Assembly: GCF_006345805.1 (NCBI RefSeq)
Contig: NW_021827764.1
Coordinates: 1 to 9,762 of the forward strand
Source: Octopus sinensis
Taxonomy: Eukaryota
Reading direction: 5' to 3'
Length of the DNA: 9,762 bases
The notes beneath the pieces are model-generated. The model ran no database searches. It was not told the DNA's origin and worked only from the letters and a program-made list of their open reading frames with translations. Within the stretch, counting starts at the first letter, position 1. The number at the start of each line of letters is the position of its first letter. A program made the position numbers and the translations under genes. This document shows, in pieces, positions 8,021-9,762 of the stretch.

Positions 8021-8123
8021 TGCAAGAATGGCTATGTAGTTAAAAGGCTTTCCTTGCAACCACATTGCTTCGGGTACAGTCTCACTGCGTCACATTTTTA
8101 ACAATTATCTTCCCCTATAGCCT
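8021..8123 (+). mobile_element. Old, diverged family-B-like SINE head
   Basis: TGCAAGAATGGCTATGTAG...GCAACCACATTG..TCGGGTACAGTCTCACTGCGT...CTATAGCCT aligns by eye to the family B 5' end. Confidence 0.65.
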
Positions 8124-8134
8124 AAAGCTTTCGA

Positions 8135-8240
8135 GGCGGCCAACAGACAGAATCTTTAGCGCGTCTGACAAAGCGCTTAAACAGAACTACTTCCGGCCGA
8201 GCTCAACTTTGCCTTACATTTTTTCTGGATCGATAAACGA
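8135..8240 (+). mobile_element. Old, diverged and internally deleted family-A-like SINE fragment
   Basis: GGCGGC...CAGAATCTTTAGCGCG resembles the head at 1736. TTCCGGCCGAGCTCAACTTTGCCTTACAT...GATCGATAAA resembles TTCCGCCGAGGTCGACTTTGCCTTTCAT...GTCGATAAA. Confidence 0.6.
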
Positions 8241-8687
8241 ACGTTCTGGATGAAGTATGAGAATGAAGGAAACACAGAATAACGAAACCCCAAGACAAAA
8301 AAATGCAGAAACAAACTTACGAAATACAGATTTCCTTCATCAGCTGCCAGTCGGAAATTACTATGGTTTCGACACCTGGGCACTGAGGCTGATACAGTTG
8401 TCTTACCCCTCGCCTTATATTGCTGGTCCTGTACCAAAATTTGAAACCATTATTAGAATGAAAGAAGTCATCAATAATAACTGAAGCCAATATTGTTGTT
8501 ATTGTTTTCTTTATTGTCGTTGTTTGCTGGGAACGAACCCGGTACTTTTCGGGTAAGGATTGTGCGACTTAACAAATTTTATTTGATGGAATGTTATTCT
8601 ATGCGCGTTTGTGTGCTTCATGTTGCCAACAAAATGTATTTTACACTTCACTAAGGTGAGCTTAAAAATATAGTTTGTAAAAGTATA

Positions 8688-9104
8688 GGCGTAGGAGTGG
8701 TTGTATGGTAAGTAGCTTGCTTACGAACCACATGGTTCCGGGTTCAGTCCCACTGCGTGTCACCGTGGGCAAGTGTCTTCTACTATAGCCTCGGGCCGAT
8801 CAAAGCCTTGTGAGTGAATTTGGTAGACAGAAACTGAAAGAAGCTCGTCGTATATATGTATATAATATATATATATATATACGTATGTGTGTGTATATAT
8901 TTGTGTGTCTGTATTTGTCCCCCACCCCCCAACATCGCTTGACAACCGATGTGTGTTTACGTCCCCCTAACTTAGCGATTCGACAAAAAGACCGATAAAG
9001 TAAGTACTAGGCTTACAAAGAATAAGTCCCGGGGTCGATTTGCTCGACTAAAAGCATGTCCACAGTCAAATGACTGAAACAAGTAAAAGAGTAAAAGAGT
9101 AAAG
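8688..9104 (+). mobile_element. SINE family B, copy 3 (different subfamily, small deletion in tail)
   Basis: Colinear with copies 1 and 2. It lacks about 11 bp (GCGGTGCTCCA) before GCATG and has a (GTAAAAGA)n tail. Confidence 0.88.
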
Positions 9105-9140
9105 ACACACATACATACATACATACATATACACATATAC

Positions 9141-9171
<31 letters not shown>

Positions 9172-9208
9172 TGTATGTATGTATGTATGTATGTATGTAT
9201 GTATGTGT

Positions 9209-9242
<34 letters not shown>

Positions 9243-9290
9243 TATACATACAGATGTGTGTATGTGTGTGTGTTTGTTTGTTTGTTTACA
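9105..9290. repeat. (ACAT)n-(ATGT)n-(AT)n-(GT)n-(GTTT)n compound microsatellite
   Basis: Direct reading. Confidence 0.95.
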
Positions 9291-9657
9291 TATTTGAATA
9301 TATTTTTGTAATCATTGTTTGTGCTTTGGTATGACTTCGTCTTTAGCAATTGAAAGCGGTACGTCGGAAACACACGCTGAACACGTCCAAAAATATTTCA
9401 AATCAAATTTTGTGCAAGTTTCGTAAGAAAAAAGCACAGATTTAATTTTAAGAAATGCTAGACAAAATAAAAAGAAAAAAAATGTTCAAATAAAGTAGAT
9501 ACACTTATAGGTTTAGACATTTAAACTAAAAATAGATATTTCTATACTTATTGAATCGCCTTTCATAGCAAAAGCATTTAGAACAATTTTTTTAGCGTCA
9601 CGAACAAGGTAGACGATTTGGACAGAGCTGACATACAAGCTTCGTATGTCTCTAGGC

Positions 9658-9762
9658 CAGTGGTTTTCAACCAGGGTTCCACGGAACCTTAGGGTTCCGC
9701 CAGTCCTGTCCAGGGGTCCCGCAAGAGGTTACAAAACTGCTAAAATCGGCAGTAATTTTTTT
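9658..9762 (+). mobile_element. Terminus of a hAT (Charlie/Buster-like) DNA transposon or MITE, truncated by the window edge
   Basis: Starts CAGTGGTTTTCAACC, a Charlie-type terminal inverted repeat (TIR) pattern, followed by subterminal GGTTCC/GGAACC motifs. The preceding 8 bp CTCTAGGC have TA at positions 4-5, as Buster/Charlie targets typically do. The other TIR is not visible. Confidence 0.65.

Noticed and set aside
6797-8101. Long ORFs with YI, YLSI or TH repeats (also 3971-4174, 6383-6703, 8760-9373)
   Set aside because: These are translations of stop-free microsatellites and SINE sequence, with no coding signal.
8257-8484. 75-aa ORF in non-repetitive-looking DNA as a possible exon
   Set aside because: No recognisable homology or convincing splice context; the length is within chance expectation.
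8526-8560. GGGAACGAACCCGG as a minus-strand B box of another SINE
   Set aside because: It is a single short motif without a matching A box or body.

Overview
Repeat-saturated, non-coding eukaryotic DNA. The SINE families look like ones I recall from octopus/cephalopod genomes; this is recall, not a database result. I find no host gene, rRNA, true tRNA or CRISPR array. Contents in order: a 20-bp minisatellite capped by a tRNA-derived SINE; a decayed mariner transposase; a SINE expanded into one tRNA-like head plus eight ~184-bp tandem bodies inside a 16-bp target-site duplication (TSD); three near-complete copies and several fragments of a second, microsatellite-containing SINE; a second, internally deleted mariner; a decayed minus-strand Penelope-like GIY-YIG endonuclease region split by a younger CR1-type LINE 3' end and two SINE pieces; long (AT)n/(GT)n/(ATCT)n tracts; and the left end of a hAT element cut by the window edge. 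Most ORFs in the supplied track are microsatellite artefacts. The most unusual object is the headless-SINE array, whose unit junction (GTATTTC) is identical to the core of its own insertion target.
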